A stretch of DNA of 64,000 bases, from the NCBI GenBank assembly GCA_030390025.1, contig CM059432.1, forward strand, positions 133,240,001-133,304,000, read 5' to 3'. The stretch's first letter is position 1, and each line of letters opens with the position of its first letter. A model generated the notes under the pieces. The model was given only the letters and a program-made list of their open reading frames with translations, ran no database searches and was not told the DNA's origin. The translations under genes and the position numbers were made by a program. Shown here one piece after another: positions 1-10,737 of this stretch. The DNA comes from Squalus acanthias (Eukaryota).

Positions 1-3000
1 GTTTGAGGTTTATTGTCCATTGTCTGGTTTGAGGTTTATTGTCCATTGTCTGGTTTGAGGTTTATTGTCCCATGTCTGGTTTAAGATTTATTGTCAATTG
101 TCTGGTTTGAGGTTTATTGTCCTTTGTCTGGTCTGAGGTTTATTGTCAATTGTCTGGTTTGAGGTTTATTGTCCATTGTCTGGTTTGAGGTTTATTGTCC
201 ATTGTTTGGTTTGAGGTTTATCGTCCAGTTTCTGGTTTGAGGTTTATTGTCAATTGTCTGGTTTGAGGTTTATTGTCCAGTTTCTGGTTTGAGGTTTATT
301 GTCAATTGTCTGGTTTGAGGTTTATTGTCCATTGTCTGGTTTGAGGTTTATTGTCCCATGTCTGGTTTAAGATTTATTGTCAATTGTCTGGTTTGAGGTT
401 TATTGTCAATTGTCTGGTTTGAGGTTTATTGTCCATTGTTTGGTTTGAGGTTTATTGTCCCATGTCTGGTTTAAGATTTATTGTCAATTGTCTGGTTTGA
501 GGTTTATTGTCCATTGTCTGGTTTGAGGTTTATTGTCCCATGTCTGGTTTAAGATTTATTGTCAATTGTCTGGTTTGAGGTTTATTGTCAATTGTCTGGT
601 TTGAGGTTTATTGTCCATTGTCTGGTTTGAGGTTTATTGTCAATTGTCTGGTTTGAGGTTTATTGTCAATTGTCTGGTTTGAGGTTTATTGTCAATTGTC
701 TGGTTTGAGGTTTATTGTCCATTGTCTGGTTTGAGGTTTATTGTCAATTGTCTGGTTTGAGGTTTATTGTCAATTGTCTGGTTTGAGGTTTATTGTCAAT
801 TGTCTGGTTTGAGGTTTATTGTCCATTGTTTGGTTTGAGGTTTATCGTCCAGTTTCTGGTTTGAGGTTTATTGTCAATTGTCTGGTTTGAGGTTTATTGT
901 CCATTGTCTGGTTTGAGGTTTATTGTCCATTGTTTGGTTTGAGGTTTATTGTCCATTGTCTGGTTTGAGGTTTATTGTCCTTTGTCTGGTTTGAGGTTTA
1001 TTGTCCTTTGTCTGGTTTGAGGTTTATTGTCTTTTGTCTGGTTTGAGGTTTATTGTCGATTGTCTGGTTTGAGGTTTATTGTCCTTTGTCTGGTTTGAGG
1101 TTTATTGTCGATTGTCTGGTTTGAGGTTTATTGTCCTTTGTCTGGTTTGAGGTTTATTGTCCTTTGTCTGGTTTGAGGTTTATTGTCCTTTGTCTGGTTT
1201 GAGGTTTATTGTCCTTTGTCTGGTTTGAGGTTTATTGTCAATTGTCTGGTTTGAGGTTTATTGTCAATTGTCTGGTTTGAGGTTTATTGTCAATTGTCTG
1301 GTTTGAGGTTTATTGTCCTTTGTCTGGTTTGAGGTTTATTGTCCTTTGTCTTGTTTGAGGTTTATTGTCTTTTGTCTGGTTTGAGGTTTATTGTCAATTG
1401 TCTGGTTTGAGGTTTATTGTCAATTGTCTGGTTTGAGGTTTATTGTCAATTGTCTGGTTTGAGGTTTATTGTCAATTGTCTGGTTTGAGGTTTATTGTCC
1501 TTTTTCTGGTTTGAGGTTTATTGTCCATTGTCTGGTTTGAGGTTTATTGTCCTTTTTCTGGTTTGAGGTTTATTGTCCTTTGTCTTGTTTGAGGTTTATT
1601 GTCTTTTGTCTGGTTTGAGGTTTATTGTCCATTGTTTGGTTTGAGGTTTATTGTCCTTTGTCTTGTTTGAGGTTTATTGTCTTTTGTCTGGTTTGAGGTT
1701 TATTGTCCTTTGTCTGGTTTGAGGTTTATTGTCTTTTGTCTTGTTTGAGGTTTATTGTCCTTTGTCTGGTTTGAGGTTTATTGTCTTTTGTCTGGTTTGA
1801 GGTTTATTGTCCTTTGTCTTGTTTGAGGTTTATTGTCCTTTGTCTGGTTTGAGGTTTATTGTCTTTTGTCTGGTTTGAGGTTTATTGTCCTTTGTCTGGT
1901 TTGAGGTTTATTGTCCATTGTCTGGTTTGAGGTTTATTGTCCTTTGTCTGGTTTGAGGTTTATTGTCCATTGTCTGGTTTGAGGTTTATTGTCCTTTGTC
2001 TGGTCTGAGGTTTATTGTCCATTGTCTGGTTTGAGGTTTATTGTCCCATGTCTGGTTTGAAGTTTATTGTCAATTGTCTGGTTTGAGGTTTATTGTCAAT
2101 TGTCTGGTTTGAGGTTTATTGTCCCATGTCTGGTTTAAGATTTATTGTCCTTTGTCTTGTTTGAGGTTTATTGTCTTTTGTCTGGTTTGAGGTTTATTGT
2201 CCATTGTTTGGTTTGAGGTTTATTGTCCTTTGTCTTGTTTGAGGTTTATTGTCTTTTGTCTGGTTTGAGGTTTATTGTCCTTTGTCTGGTTTGAGGTTTA
2301 TTGTCTTTTGTCTGGTTTGAGGTTTATTGTCCTTTGTCTTGTTTGAGGTTTATTGTCCTTTGTCTGGTTTGAGGTTTATTGTCTTTTGTCTGGTTTGAGG
2401 TTTATTGTCCTTTGTCTGGTTTGAGGTTTATTGTCCATTGTCTGGTTTGAGGTTTATTGTCCTTTGTCTGGTTTGAGGTTTATTGTCCATTGTCTGGTTT
2501 GAGGTTTATTGTCCTTTGTCTGGTTTGAGGTTTATTGTCCATTGTCTGGTTTGAGGTTTATTGTCCATTGTCTGGTTTGAGGTTTATTGTCCATTGTCTG
2601 GTTTGAGGTTTATTGTCCATTGTCTGGTTTGAGGTTTATTGTCCATTGTCTGGTTTGAGGTTTATTGTCCCATGTCTGGTTTAAGATTTATTGTCAATTG
2701 TCTGGTTTGAGGTTTATTGTCAATTGTCTGGTTTGAGGTTTATTGTCCATTGTTTGGTTTGAGGTTTATTGTCCATTTTCTTGTTTGAGGTTTATTGTCC
2801 ATTGTCTGGTTTGAGGTTTATTGTCCATTGTTTGGTTTGAGGTTTATTGTCCATTTTCTTGTTTGAGGTTTATTGTCCATTGTCTTGTTTGAGGTTTATT
2901 GTCCATTTTCTTGTTTGAGGTTTATTGTCCATTTTCTTGTTTGAGGTTTATTGTCCATTTTCTTGTTTGAGGTTTATTGTCCATTTTCTTGTTTGAGGTT

Positions 3001-3236
3001 TATTGTCCATTTTCTTGTTTGAGGTTTATTGTCCATTTTCTTGTTTGAGGTTTATTGTCCATTTTCTTGTTTGAGGTTTATTGTCCATTGCCTGGTTTGA
3101 GGTTTATTGTCCATTGTTTGGTTTGAGGTTTATTGTCCATTTTCTTGTTTGAGGTTTATTGTCCATTGCCTGGTTTGAGGTTTATTGTCCATTGTTTGGT
3201 TTGAGGTTTATTGTCCTTTGTCTTGTTTGAGGTTTA
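1..3236. repeat. 26-bp tandem repeat/satellite, left arm (consensus GTTTGAGGTTTATTGTCCATTGTCTG); runs off the window start
   Basis: 26-bp period read directly (the unit restarts at 1, 27, 53); about 124 units; variation mostly in the CCAT/CAAT/CCTT/CTTT segment. Confidence 0.98.
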
Positions 3237-5961
3237 CATAGATACATAGATACATAGAAGATAGGAGCAGGAGTAGGCCATCCGGCCCTTCGAGCCTGCT
3301 CCGCCATTTAATGAGATCATGGCTGATCCTTCAATTCAGTATCCCGTCCCCGCCTTCTCTCCGTAACCCTTAACCCCTTTTGCCTGTAGAAATATATCTA
3401 ATTCCCTCTTAAATATATTTAATGAGCTGGCGTACACTGCCCTCTGTGGCAATGAGTTCCACAGGTTCACCACTCTCTGAGTGAAGAAATTCCCCCTCAT
3501 TTCTGTCCTAAATGGTTTAGCCCTTATCCTTAAATTATGTCCTCTAGTTCTGTTCTCACCCGCCAAGGGAAACATTCCTTCTGCATCTAATCTGTCTAGA
3601 CCTGTCAGAATTTTATACACTTCTATGAGGTCCCCTCTCAATCTTCTAAACTCCAGTGTGTACATCCCTAAACTACATAGTCTCTCCTCATAGGTCAATC
3701 CCGCCATTCCTGGTATCAGCCTGGTGAATCGCCGCTGCACCCCCTCCATGGCAAGAACATCTTTCCTCAGATGAGGCGACCAAAACTGTACACAGTACTC
3801 GAGGTGTGGTCTCACCAGTGCCCTGTACAGCTGCAGCAAGGTATCCCTGTTCCTGTATTCCAACCCTTTTGCTATGAAGGCCAGCATACCGTTTGCCTTC
3901 TTGACCGCCTGTTGCACCTGCATGCTCGCCTTCAGTGACTGGTGTACAAGAACACCCAGGTCTCTCTGTACTTCCCCCTCTCCCAATTTATTGCCATTTA
4001 AATAATAATTTGCCCTCCCGTTCCTGCACCCAAGGTGGATAACTTCGCACTTGTCCACATTATAGTGCATCTGCCATTTATCCGCCCAATCACCCAGTCT
4101 GTCCAAATCGCTCTGGAGCTTCCTGGTCTCCTCCTCTGAGCCCACCCCCCCTCCTAGTTTAGTGTCGTCTGCAAATTTGGAAATGCTGCATTCGACTCCC
4201 TGATCCAGGTCATTAATATAAATTGTGAACAGCTGGGGACCCAGGACAGATCCCTGTGGTACCCCACTTGTTACTGCCTGCCATTCAGAAAATGAGCCGT
4301 TTATTCCAACTCTCTGTTTTCTATCTGACAGCCAGTTCTCTATCCACGTCAATACTTTCCCCTTTATCCCATGAGCTTCAATTTTCCATGCTAATCTTTT
4401 ATGTGGGACCTTATCGAAGGCCTTTTGGAAGTCCAGGTACACCACATCTACTGGCTCTCCCCCATCTATTTTACCAGTTACTCCCTCAAAAAATTCCAAT
4501 AGATTAGTCAAGCACGATTTACCCTTTGTAAATCCATGTTGACTCTGTCCTATCCTGTCCCCATTTGCTAAGTGCTCGGCTATTTCATCCTTAATGATGG
4601 ACTCCAGCATTTTGCCCACAACTGATGTAAGGCTTACAGGTCTGTAATTACCTGCTTTTTCCCTACCCCCCTTTTTGAATAGTGGGGTAACGTTAGCTAC
4701 CCTCCAATCCATGGGCACTGTTCCCGAGTCTAATGAATTCTGAAAAATCATGCTTAGTGCATCCGCTATCTCTAGGGCCACCTCCTTCAGTACCCTAGGA
4801 TGCATGTTATCAGGCCCTGGGGATTTGTCTGCCTTCAATCCCTTTAGCTTCCTTAACACCATATCCTTAGAGATATTGATTTGCGTCAGTTCCTCCTTTG
4901 CCAATGTCCCTATTTTTCCCGATATCCCAGGGAGGTTTTTTGTGTCTTCCTTCGTAAAGACTGACCCAAAGTATGCATTTAGTTGGTCTGCCATTTCCTT
5001 ATTTCCCATTATATATTCCCCCGTATCTGACTGCAATGGACCAACTTTGGTTTTCACCAGTCTTTTCCTCTTGATATACTTATAAAAGCTTTTGGAGTTA
5101 GTTTTTATATTTTCCGCCAGCTTGCTTTCGTAAGCTATTTTGCCCTTCTTGATTAAGCCCTTTGCCCTCCTTTGCTCTATCTTAAACTGTTCCCAATCTT
5201 CCGCTCTGGCGCGTTTTTTGGCTATTTTATACGCCCTATCTTTGGATTTTATGCTGTCTCTAATTTCCCCTGTTATCCACGGTTGAGTCACCTTTTTAGA
5301 TTTCCTTTTATGCCAGATTGGTATAAACAATTTTTGCAATTTTGTCATTCTATCTTTAAATGCTTGCCATTGTTTATCTACCTCCAGTCCTCCCAGGAAC
5401 GTTGTCCAATCAGACCTACTCAGTTCCCGTCTAATGGCATCATAATTCCCCTTGTTTAAATTCAGGACCTGAGTCTCTGAGTCAATTTCTTCGCTCTCCA
5501 TTTCGAGTGAGAAATCGATCATGTTATGATCGCTCTGACCCAAGGGTCCCCGTACAACAAGATTACTAATTAGTCCCTTCTCATTGCACAGTACCCAGTC
5601 CAATATAGCCTGTTCCCGAGTTGGTTCCTCGACATATTGATCCAGATAACCATCCCTTAAACACTCAAGGAATTCCTCCTCCTCATTATTTTTACTGATT
5701 AGGCTAGTCCAATCTATATGTAAGTTAAAGTCACCTATGATGACAGCTGTGCTCTTATTGCACGCTTCTCTAATTTCCCTCGTGATGCCCTCCCCAACCT
5801 CTATTTTACTATTTGGAGGCCTATATACCACTCCTATTAATGTTTTTCGCCCCTCGCTATTTCTTAGCTCCACCCATATAGATTCTGTATTAACTGAGTT
5901 AATATCCTTCCTTTCAATTGCATTTATCCCCTCTTTTACCAGCAATGCTACCCCTCCTCCC
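3237..5961 (-). mobile_element. CR1-clade LINE, 5'-truncated, young, inserted in the 26-bp satellite
   Basis: ORF2 reading frame, a 3' UTR stem-loop (GCAGG-CTCGAAG-GGCC GGAT GGCC-TACT-CCTGC on minus) and a (CTATGTAT)n octamer tail at ~3237-3256. The satellite resumes at 5962, with TTTA on both sides (3233-3236 and 5962-5965). Confidence 0.95.
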
Positions 5962-5999
5962 TTTATTGTCCATTTTCTTGTTTGAGGTTTATTGTCCAT
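3336..5999 (-). CDS. CR1 ORF2 (partial APE endonuclease plus reverse transcriptase), 887 aa; the first ~12 codons come from the satellite
   Basis: EN motifs GGGVALLV, GVVYRPPN, IIGDFN, ILDWVL, SDH; RT motifs KSPGPD, YRPVSL, QHGF, LDFQKAFD, GVPQGSVLGP, FADD, DLGV; C-terminal LYRALVRPHLEY. No internal stops. The N-terminal EN motifs (NARS, ETW) are missing. Confidence 0.9.
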   Translation of the reverse strand: MDNKPQTRKWTIKGGGVALLVKEGINAIERKDINSVNTESIWVELRNSEGRKTLIGVVYRPPNSKIEVGEGITREIREACNKSTAVIIGDFNLHIDWTSLISKNNEEEEFLECLRDGYLDQYVEEPTREQAILDWVLCNEKGLISNLVVRGPLGQSDHNMIDFSLEMESEEIDSETQVLNLNKGNYDAIRRELSRSDWTTFLGGLEVDKQWQAFKDRMTKLQKLFIPIWHKRKSKKVTQPWITGEIRDSIKSKDRAYKIAKKRARAEDWEQFKIEQRRAKGLIKKGKIAYESKLAENIKTNSKSFYKYIKRKRLVKTKVGPLQSDTGEYIMGNKEMADQLNAYFGSVFTKEDTKNLPGISGKIGTLAKEELTQINISKDMVLRKLKGLKADKSPGPDNMHPRVLKEVALEIADALSMIFQNSLDSGTVPMDWRVANVTPLFKKGGREKAGNYRPVSLTSVVGKMLESIIKDEIAEHLANGDRIGQSQHGFTKGKSCLTNLLEFFEGVTGKIDGGEPVDVVYLDFQKAFDKVPHKRLAWKIEAHGIKGKVLTWIENWLSDRKQRVGINGSFSEWQAVTSGVPQGSVLGPQLFTIYINDLDQGVECSISKFADDTKLGGGVGSEEETRKLQSDLDRLGDWADKWQMHYNVDKCEVIHLGCRNGRANYYLNGNKLGEGEVQRDLGVLVHQSLKASMQVQQAVKKANGMLAFIAKGLEYRNRDTLLQLYRALVRPHLEYCVQFWSPHLRKDVLAMEGVQRRFTRLIPGMAGLTYEERLCSLGMYTLEFRRLRGDLIEVYKILTGLDRLDAEGMFPLAGENRTRGHNLRIRAKPFRTEMRGNFFTQRVVNLWNSLPQRAVYASSLNIFKRELDIFLQAKGVKGYGEKAGTGY

Positions 6000-6540
6000 T
6001 GCCTGGTTTGAGGTTTATTGTCCATTGCCTGGTTTGAGGTTTATTGTCCATTGCCTGGTTTGAGGTTTATTGTCCATTGTTTGGTTTGAGGTTTATTGTC
6101 CTTTGTCTTGTTTGAGGTTTATTGTCCATTTTCTTGTTTGAGGTTTATTGTCCATTTTCTTGTTTGAGGTTTATTGTCCATTGTCTTGGTTTGAGGTTTA
6201 TTGTCCATTGTTTGTTTTGAGGTTTATTGTTCTTTGTCTGGTTTGAGGTTTATTGTCGATTGTCTGGTTTGAGGTTCATTGTCAATTGTCTGGTTTGAGG
6301 TTTATTGTTGATTGTCTGGTTTGAGGTTTATTGTCCCATGTCTGGTTTGAAGTTTATTGTCGATTGTCTGGTTTGAGGTTTATTGTCCATTGTCTGGTTT
6401 GAGGTTTATTGTTCTTTCGGTTTAAGGATTATTTTCCTTTTGACTGGTTTGAGGATGTTCTTGGGTCTAGTTTGAGGATTATTGTCCCTTTGTCTGGTTT
6501 GAGGATGTCCTTGGGTCTGGTTTGAGGTTTCTTGTCCCAT
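5962..6540. repeat. 26-bp satellite, right arm, degenerating after ~6410
   Basis: Same unit as 1-3236; the last units diverge (GTTTGAGGATGTCCTTGGGTCTG). Confidence 0.95.
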
Positions 6541-8324
6541 TCCCTGCCATGTTTATTCCCTCCTTGTCTCTCTCACACCCTGGCTGATTGAAGTTCCTTC
6601 TGTAAAACCTTTCCTCCTCAGTCAGCCTGTGGATGCACAGATTGTAAAATGTTGCGTGATTTACAGGGCTGGAGTAGCGCTTTGATCTTTAATTCTTTGG
6701 CACAATGTTCTAATTTATTATATAATTAGTGCCTGTTATATGTAGGGATCCTGGCTTTCAGATTAAACAAGTAAAGCTTGATAAATTCCCACCAAATGTC
6801 TAATTTGAAGATGACATTCATCTTGAAAGCATCTTGCAATGCAAAGTACCGAGACAGTTGGAAAACCTATCTCCTTGCCAGGAGCTTTCAATAAGTTCAC
6901 CAGTATGGTGGCAAATACATCCACCCTCTACAATCAGGCCAGGGCAATTAGGAGCAAATCCCCTTTTCTAGGTGAATTGACTTTTCCCCGCTTTTCTATC
7001 CACTTTTGACATTAAAATCACTGAAACATTGATTTCAGTAAAACTGAAAAATTGCTTTAAAATAGAGTCCCCTAACGCCCTCCCCCCACCCCCCCCACAG
7101 AAACCCAGAAATGCATTTATTAGTAAAGTGTGGATTCTTTTTGTTGCATTTTTCTTCATCTTTTAAAACCAATGTGTACCCTTTAATTAAAGTAGTTATA
7201 AATCGCTGCGACAAAACACATAAAACTGCAAGAATTTACTTGCTGCGGGAGGGTAAGAAGGCAGTCTTTCCTGTCAGTGACTTTTCTTTGTTTTCACAAC
7301 GGCGTAGGTACCTCGCTTTGTACCGAGGCTTTTCTATTATTTTTTTGACATGACATGAAAGAATAGTCCGAATAATACTGCAGAATTACATCATCTGCAA
7401 TGAATGCATTTCCACATTCATGTAAGGTGAAGCCATCACATGCAATGCTTAAAGTCCTGCATGCTTAAATCAGACCATTTGGAAAATGTGAAAAGCAGCA
7501 AGTAAACTATTCGGATCACGACACAGTGTATATTAGTTTTTACCAGATCAGATTGTTTGCAGGACGCCATTATGCATTGACTTTCCTTTGTTGAGACATA
7601 TAATCAAAGCACCAACCAAGAGTGTGTCTATGTCATGTGTGCGTTCTGGGGCAGAGGATGGTTAATTCATTGACACACTGAAGTATTTTTAAACTTCATT
7701 TGCTCCACTTGTAGTTTAAGAGAAGGGTTTTTTTTAATGTCTGTTGGGCACACATGTTGTCAGTCTCTTGAAGTATCCTGCGGAGGGCGCTGTGTTAGTT
7801 TTATTGATGTAAGTAGTTAATTCCTGCAGGATTTGGGAGCAGGCAACACTATCACAGTGTCATTTCCCACCACCGCATTTACCAGCTCTGTCAGGGAATA
7901 GTCGCAGATTCCAAAAACATCAGCATAGCTCGATTAAAAAGTGAATCGCTGGAAATGGGGGAGAAAGGAGGATGATTCTGAACTTGAAACACACCAACAC
8001 ATAGGGATCTAGCGATGCCGTCCTAATAATGTATATGGAGAAGATTGCTTGCAATCAACATTCATTGAGTGTAGTCTCAAAAAGAATAGTTAAAATTCTA
8101 ATTGTCCTTGGGCTTGTGGTAATTATAGAAAGCTACTTGCAGAACAGTATTAAAATTAATCTATTCTGAAGTGTGTTTTTGAAAGGATATGAGAAATTTA
8201 AAATGCTCGCCTAGTTCAGTAAAAACTTCCTTTTCATGCCCCTTTGCACATTAAGATGTGTTGTTTAAGATGTAAACTAACGCAGGGCTCTTTTCCATTG
8301 CAGATGCGCAGCCAATGGCAGATG

Positions 8325-8770
8325 TAGAGGTATTGAGTACAAAAGTAGAGAAATTATGCTGAACCTTTATAAAGTGCTGGTTAGGCCACAACTAGAGTAT
8401 TGTGTCCAGTTCTGGTCACCACACTTTAGGAAGGATGTGAAGGCCCTTGAGAGGGTGCAGAGGAGATTTACCAGAATGGTTCCAGGGATGGGGGATCTGA
8501 GCTACAAGGACAGGTTAGAGAAGCTGGATTTGTTTTCATTGGAGCAAAGGGGGTTGAGGGTGATTTGATAGAGAAAATAATGACGGGTTTGGATAGGCTA
8601 GACGGGGAAAGGCTGTTCCCACTAGTTGATGGTACAAGGACTAGGGGACACAGATTCAAGGTTTTGGGCAAGTGATATAGGGGGCGATGTGAGGAAAAAC
8701 CTTTGTACGCAGCGAGTGGTGAGGACCTGGAACTCGCTGCCGGCGGAAGTGGTGGAAGCGGAGACACTCA
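8325..8770 (+). mobile_element. CR1 LINE 3' fragment, first part (split by the Harbinger element)
   Basis: Encodes RGIEYKSREIMLNLYKVLVRPQLEYCVQFWSPHFRKDVKALERVQRRFTRM, homologous to the C-terminus of the 887-aa ORF; frameshifted downstream. Confidence 0.92.
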
Positions 8771-9079
8771 GGGGTAAAAATTCAGTTGGTTGCGCCTCCC
8801 GTTAGCGCCTTAAATGGGCGCTAATGGGGCGTTAAGGCGCTAACGCCCGGGCGCGGCGCTGTTTGCGCCGCTCGAGAACTTAACTTGAGATTGTGCGGCG
8901 GCGCTAAAACTTACCGCTGCGACCACCTGCGCGCGCAGATTGTGACGTCAGTCCGTGGTGCAACGCCCTTGGGGCGCCCCGGAGCGGAAATTGAGTGGCG
9001 CCCCCTGCCTTACCGCCTGGCGCTTCCAACGACCGGAAGACTGGAACGTTATCAATCGGTCTGGGGCTGGGGGGGGCGC

Positions 9080-9087
9080 TATTTAAA
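9080..9087 (+). promoter_or_regulatory. Candidate TATA-like box (TATTTAAA) for the transposase, with a CRE palindrome TGACGTCA at 8943-8950
   Basis: About 200 bp upstream of the ATG at 9283; the same TATTTAAAGG is kept in the related MITE (13514-13521, minus). Function is inferred. Confidence 0.45.
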
Positions 9088-9139
9088 GGGGGCCTCTTCC
9101 TGTCTTTTTCTGTGGTCGACATTTATGCACCACTCGTTC

Positions 9140-9178
9140 TGAGAGAGAGAGAGAGATTCGGAGAGAGAGAGAGAGAGA
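9140..9178. repeat. Interrupted (GA)n microsatellite in the transposase leader
   Basis: Two GA runs separated by TTCG. Confidence 0.85.
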
Positions 9179-9282
9179 CTTCTACATTGACTCAACGCTT
9201 TGTGAGGTAGTTTTGCCTAGTTCATCCTAACTTTGCTGCTACTTTCGTTGCTGTACCTCATTACTTTTCTGGCAAAGAGAAG

Positions 9283-10443
9283 ATGGGGGCTGCAATGATT
9301 GGGGGCGTCGTCCTGCTCCAGCTCAATCGGAGCAGAGTGAGACGCAGACAGAGAGTGGCAATGATGGCCAGACGGAGGAGGCCCATCAGGCGCATGTACA
9401 GGAGAGCTTACCCTCCCAGGGTATATCGTGAACAGCTCTCCTACATCCACATGTCCGAGGAGCTGTGTTTGCGAAGGCTGCGATTCAGCAAGGAGGTGGT
9501 CACTGAGCTCTGCCACCTGCTGCAGCCAGATCTGCAGCCTCAGCTGAGGTCCAGGACGTCTCTGTCGGTGGCAGTGAAGGTCACAGTGGCCTTGAACTTC
9601 TACGCCACTGGCTCATTCCAAGCTGCTGTTGGGGACCTCGCCAATATCTCCCAGTTTGCGGTGCATCGCTGCATCCGGCAGGTCACCAATGCCCTCTTCA
9701 CAAGGAGACGAGACTTCATCTCCTTCCCTATGACCCCAGACAAGCAGCATGACCGTGCTATGGGCTTTGCGAGGGTAGCGGGCTTCCCCATGGTGCAGGG
9801 CGCCATTGACTGCACGCATGTGGCTTTGCGTGCTCCGCGAGAGAATGCAGAGGAGTTCCGGAACAGAAAAGGGTTCCATTCCTTGAATGTGCAGTTGGTC
9901 TGTGACCACAGACAGGTGATTCTCGCTGTCAATGCCCACTATCCGGGCAGCTGCCACGATGCTTTCATCCTGCGCCAGAGTACTGTGGCAGAAATTTTCG
10001 AGGCACCGCATCAGCCAGTCGGTTGGCTTCTGGGGGACAAGGGGTACGCATTGAGCACCTGGCTGATGACACCGCTCCGTGCGCCAAACACCCCTGCTGA
10101 GCTGCGGTACCAGGAAAGCCAACAAGCAACGAGGAACATTATTGAGCGCACAATCGGCGTGCTCAAACAACGATTCCGCTGTCTGGACCATTCCGGAGGA
10201 GCCCTGCAGTACTCGCCTGAGCAAGTTTCCAAATTCGTAGTGGTGTGCTGCATGTTGCACAACATGGCAATCCTCAGGACGCAGCCAATGCCACCAGGCC
10301 TTGCAGCACCACAAGAGGAGGAGGAGGAAGAGGAGGAACTGGCCGAGGACGATGATCAGCAGCAGCACCAAGGCAGGAGGGCGGCCCACAATGGTCAAAC
10401 TGCAAGGGCCGTCCGTCAACGACTAATAGCAAGCCGCTTCTAG
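9283..10443 (+). CDS. Harbinger DDE transposase (HARBI1-like nuclease family), 386 aa, intact
   Basis: Motifs RLRFSK, VKVTVALNFYATGSFQ, GAIDCTH (D176), NRKGFHSLNVQLVCD, PGSCHDAFI (D226), LLGDKGY (D252), IERTIGVLKQRFRCL (E288), CCMLHN; Arg-rich N-terminus and acidic tail. It lies between TIRs, so it is a TE gene and not host HARBI1. Confidence 0.95.
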   Translation: MGAAMIGGVVLLQLNRSRVRRRQRVAMMARRRRPIRRMYRRAYPPRVYREQLSYIHMSEELCLRRLRFSKEVVTELCHLLQPDLQPQLRSRTSLSVAVKVTVALNFYATGSFQAAVGDLANISQFAVHRCIRQVTNALFTRRRDFISFPMTPDKQHDRAMGFARVAGFPMVQGAIDCTHVALRAPRENAEEFRNRKGFHSLNVQLVCDHRQVILAVNAHYPGSCHDAFILRQSTVAEIFEAPHQPVGWLLGDKGYALSTWLMTPLRAPNTPAELRYQESQQATRNIIERTIGVLKQRFRCLDHSGGALQYSPEQVSKFVVVCCMLHNMAILRTQPMPPGLAAPQEEEEEEEELAEDDDQQQHQGRRAAHNGQTARAVRQRLIASRF

Positions 10444-10737
10444 GGCCCCTGCCAGTGCTACAAACACGAATCAACCCAGCACGCAACCCCTAAGCCGGCC
10501 AAGGCACCAATAATTCCAACCACCAGCCATGTATATTTTGAATACAGAAACTTATTTATTGTACAAACTCTGTGTGTGTCAATTCCTCATGACAAACTCA
10601 TAGAAATAAACACAAAAAAACAGTCAATAACATAACTGGTTCTCACAACCTGGAGATAATGTCCAAAACACTAAACAAAAGTTGGGCCATGAACCTCGGC
10701 CTTTAATAAAAAAATGACCATCATTTTGGCACACCTC

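Noticed and set aside
8285..8330. Acceptor-like TTTTCCATTGCAG/ATG micro-exon
   Set aside because: The apparent donor lies inside the CR1 fragment and there is no other support.
9283..10443. Domesticated host gene HARBI1
   Set aside because: It lies between TIRs with a TSD, inside a LINE fragment and next to a Myb-like partner, so it is a transposon gene.
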